Shown here one piece after another: positions 51,543 to 52,509 of a stretch of DNA of 52,509 bases. A model generated the notes under the pieces. That model worked only from the letters and a program-made list of their open reading frames with translations. It was not told the origin of the DNA and made no database searches. A program made the position numbers and the translations under genes. Origin of the DNA: a virus (Duplodnaviria; Caudoviricetes); the IMG/VR virus record IMGVR_UViG_3300031576_000060, positions 1-52,509 of that record; one strand, written 5' to 3'. The stretch's first letter is position 1; each line of letters begins with the position of its first letter.

Positions 51543-52465
51543 GTTCGATCTCCAATCAAGGGAACATCAAAGTCGGATCGCCTCAAACACGAACGCGACC
51601 CACAGCCCGAGCACAGGAACCTGGCTCGACTCTCGCACGCACCAGGATGCTGATGCTCAGCGATGTCCCGGTCGGCGCAGCCCTTCGAGCAGAACAGGTA
51701 GTGGGGGGTGGCATGCACGTTGGTCCAGCGCCGCTCGGGATCGTCCGGCAGCGGCTTTCCACACCGCAAGCAGACCTGATCCGATTGGATCGGCGGCAGA
51801 CCGGCCGCCTGCGTGATCGACTCGATCGCGACCGGCATCTCGATGAGCTGAATGTTGGCGTTATCGAGCACCAGGTTGAACGCGTCGTCCGGGATCGATC
51901 TGAACTCCGCCTCGGACGGGTGCGGGTCGGTCGACTGGGCAAGCCCGCGAGTCAGCTTGACACAGAAGGCGCCTTGATCACGGCTCCGGTCCAGCTCGTT
52001 ACGGAACCGCCCATCCGTCACGACGACCCGCTCGACGTCGCCCGCGCGAACGCGCGAGAAGCACGCATCGACCCAGACGTGCGGGTAGAGCCGCCGACCC
52101 CACTCGGTCCCGAGCGTCTGGAGCGCGATGCGCGCGTTCAGGAAAACCGGTAGATGCGCACCACAACCCAAGCACCGGACGCCGCGCGGAAGAGTTGGAT
52201 CCTTCTCCACCAACGTTTCGCTGAAGCCCTGCTTGCCTGGACAGAACGGACAACCGGTCATCGGGTACGCGGGCTCTTGCCGCTCTCGGTTCTCGCTCGT
52301 CCCGTACAGATCAGCATCCGTGAAGTCTGGGAACGCGAGCTTGGCCATCTGCTTGAGGGGCGCGGCGAACGCGTCCTTCGCGAAGCCGTACCGATCGCGC
52401 AGCAGGTCACCAACCGTGTCCTTCCCCGATCCCTTGACTCCGAACAGCACGATCACGGCGGTCAT
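51539..52465 (-). CDS. deoxynucleoside monophosphate kinase with Zn-ribbon insertion and Cys-rich C-terminus
   Basis: GVKGSGKDT P-loop, FAAPLK, RIALQTLGTEWGR, VVTDGRFRNE, HPSE. Confidence 0.88.
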   Translation of the reverse strand: MTAVIVLFGVKGSGKDTVGDLLRDRYGFAKDAFAAPLKQMAKLAFPDFTDADLYGTSENRERQEPAYPMTGCPFCPGKQGFSETLVEKDPTLPRGVRCLGCGAHLPVFLNARIALQTLGTEWGRRLYPHVWVDACFSRVRAGDVERVVVTDGRFRNELDRSRDQGAFCVKLTRGLAQSTDPHPSEAEFRSIPDDAFNLVLDNANIQLIEMPVAIESITQAAGLPPIQSDQVCLRCGKPLPDDPERRWTNVHATPHYLFCSKGCADRDIAEHQHPGACESRARFLCSGCGSRSCLRRSDFDVPLIGDRT

Positions 52466-52509
52466 CGATTCCTCCTGGCGAACGTGGCGACATGCTGGTC
52501 GTTCGCGGA

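Overview
A high-GC segment of a large tailed-phage (jumbo-like) genome, coded almost entirely on the minus strand. Host and taxonomy cannot be determined from the sequence alone. It contains a head-assembly and packaging module: a MuF-like minor head protein and a portal protein (each with an intein) and a terminase large subunit. Several very large acidic proteins look like strings of small domains separated by (R/K)-x-A motifs. One of them carries 2H-phosphoesterase, HNH and RelA/SpoT domains. Other genes include many homing-type endonucleases, a 4-gene plus-strand island with its own sigma70-like promoter, a lytic transglycosylase, an MT-A70 methyltransferase, and a recombination/nucleotide block (PD-(D/E)XK resolvase-like, SbcC/Rad50, ParB, dNMP kinase). 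Most notable observations: (1) a putative protease-processed polyprotein cargo system; (2) an intein whose Vsr-like homing endonuclease lies in an overlapping +1 frame; (3) an MT-A70 gene interrupted by the prfB-type CTT-TGA-C +1 frameshift heptamer directly after its DPPW motif; (4) a DUF192 domain split into two genes by an HNH gene. All functional calls come from recognising motifs by eye. No database searches were run. No tRNA, rRNA, CRISPR array or major capsid gene was recognised.
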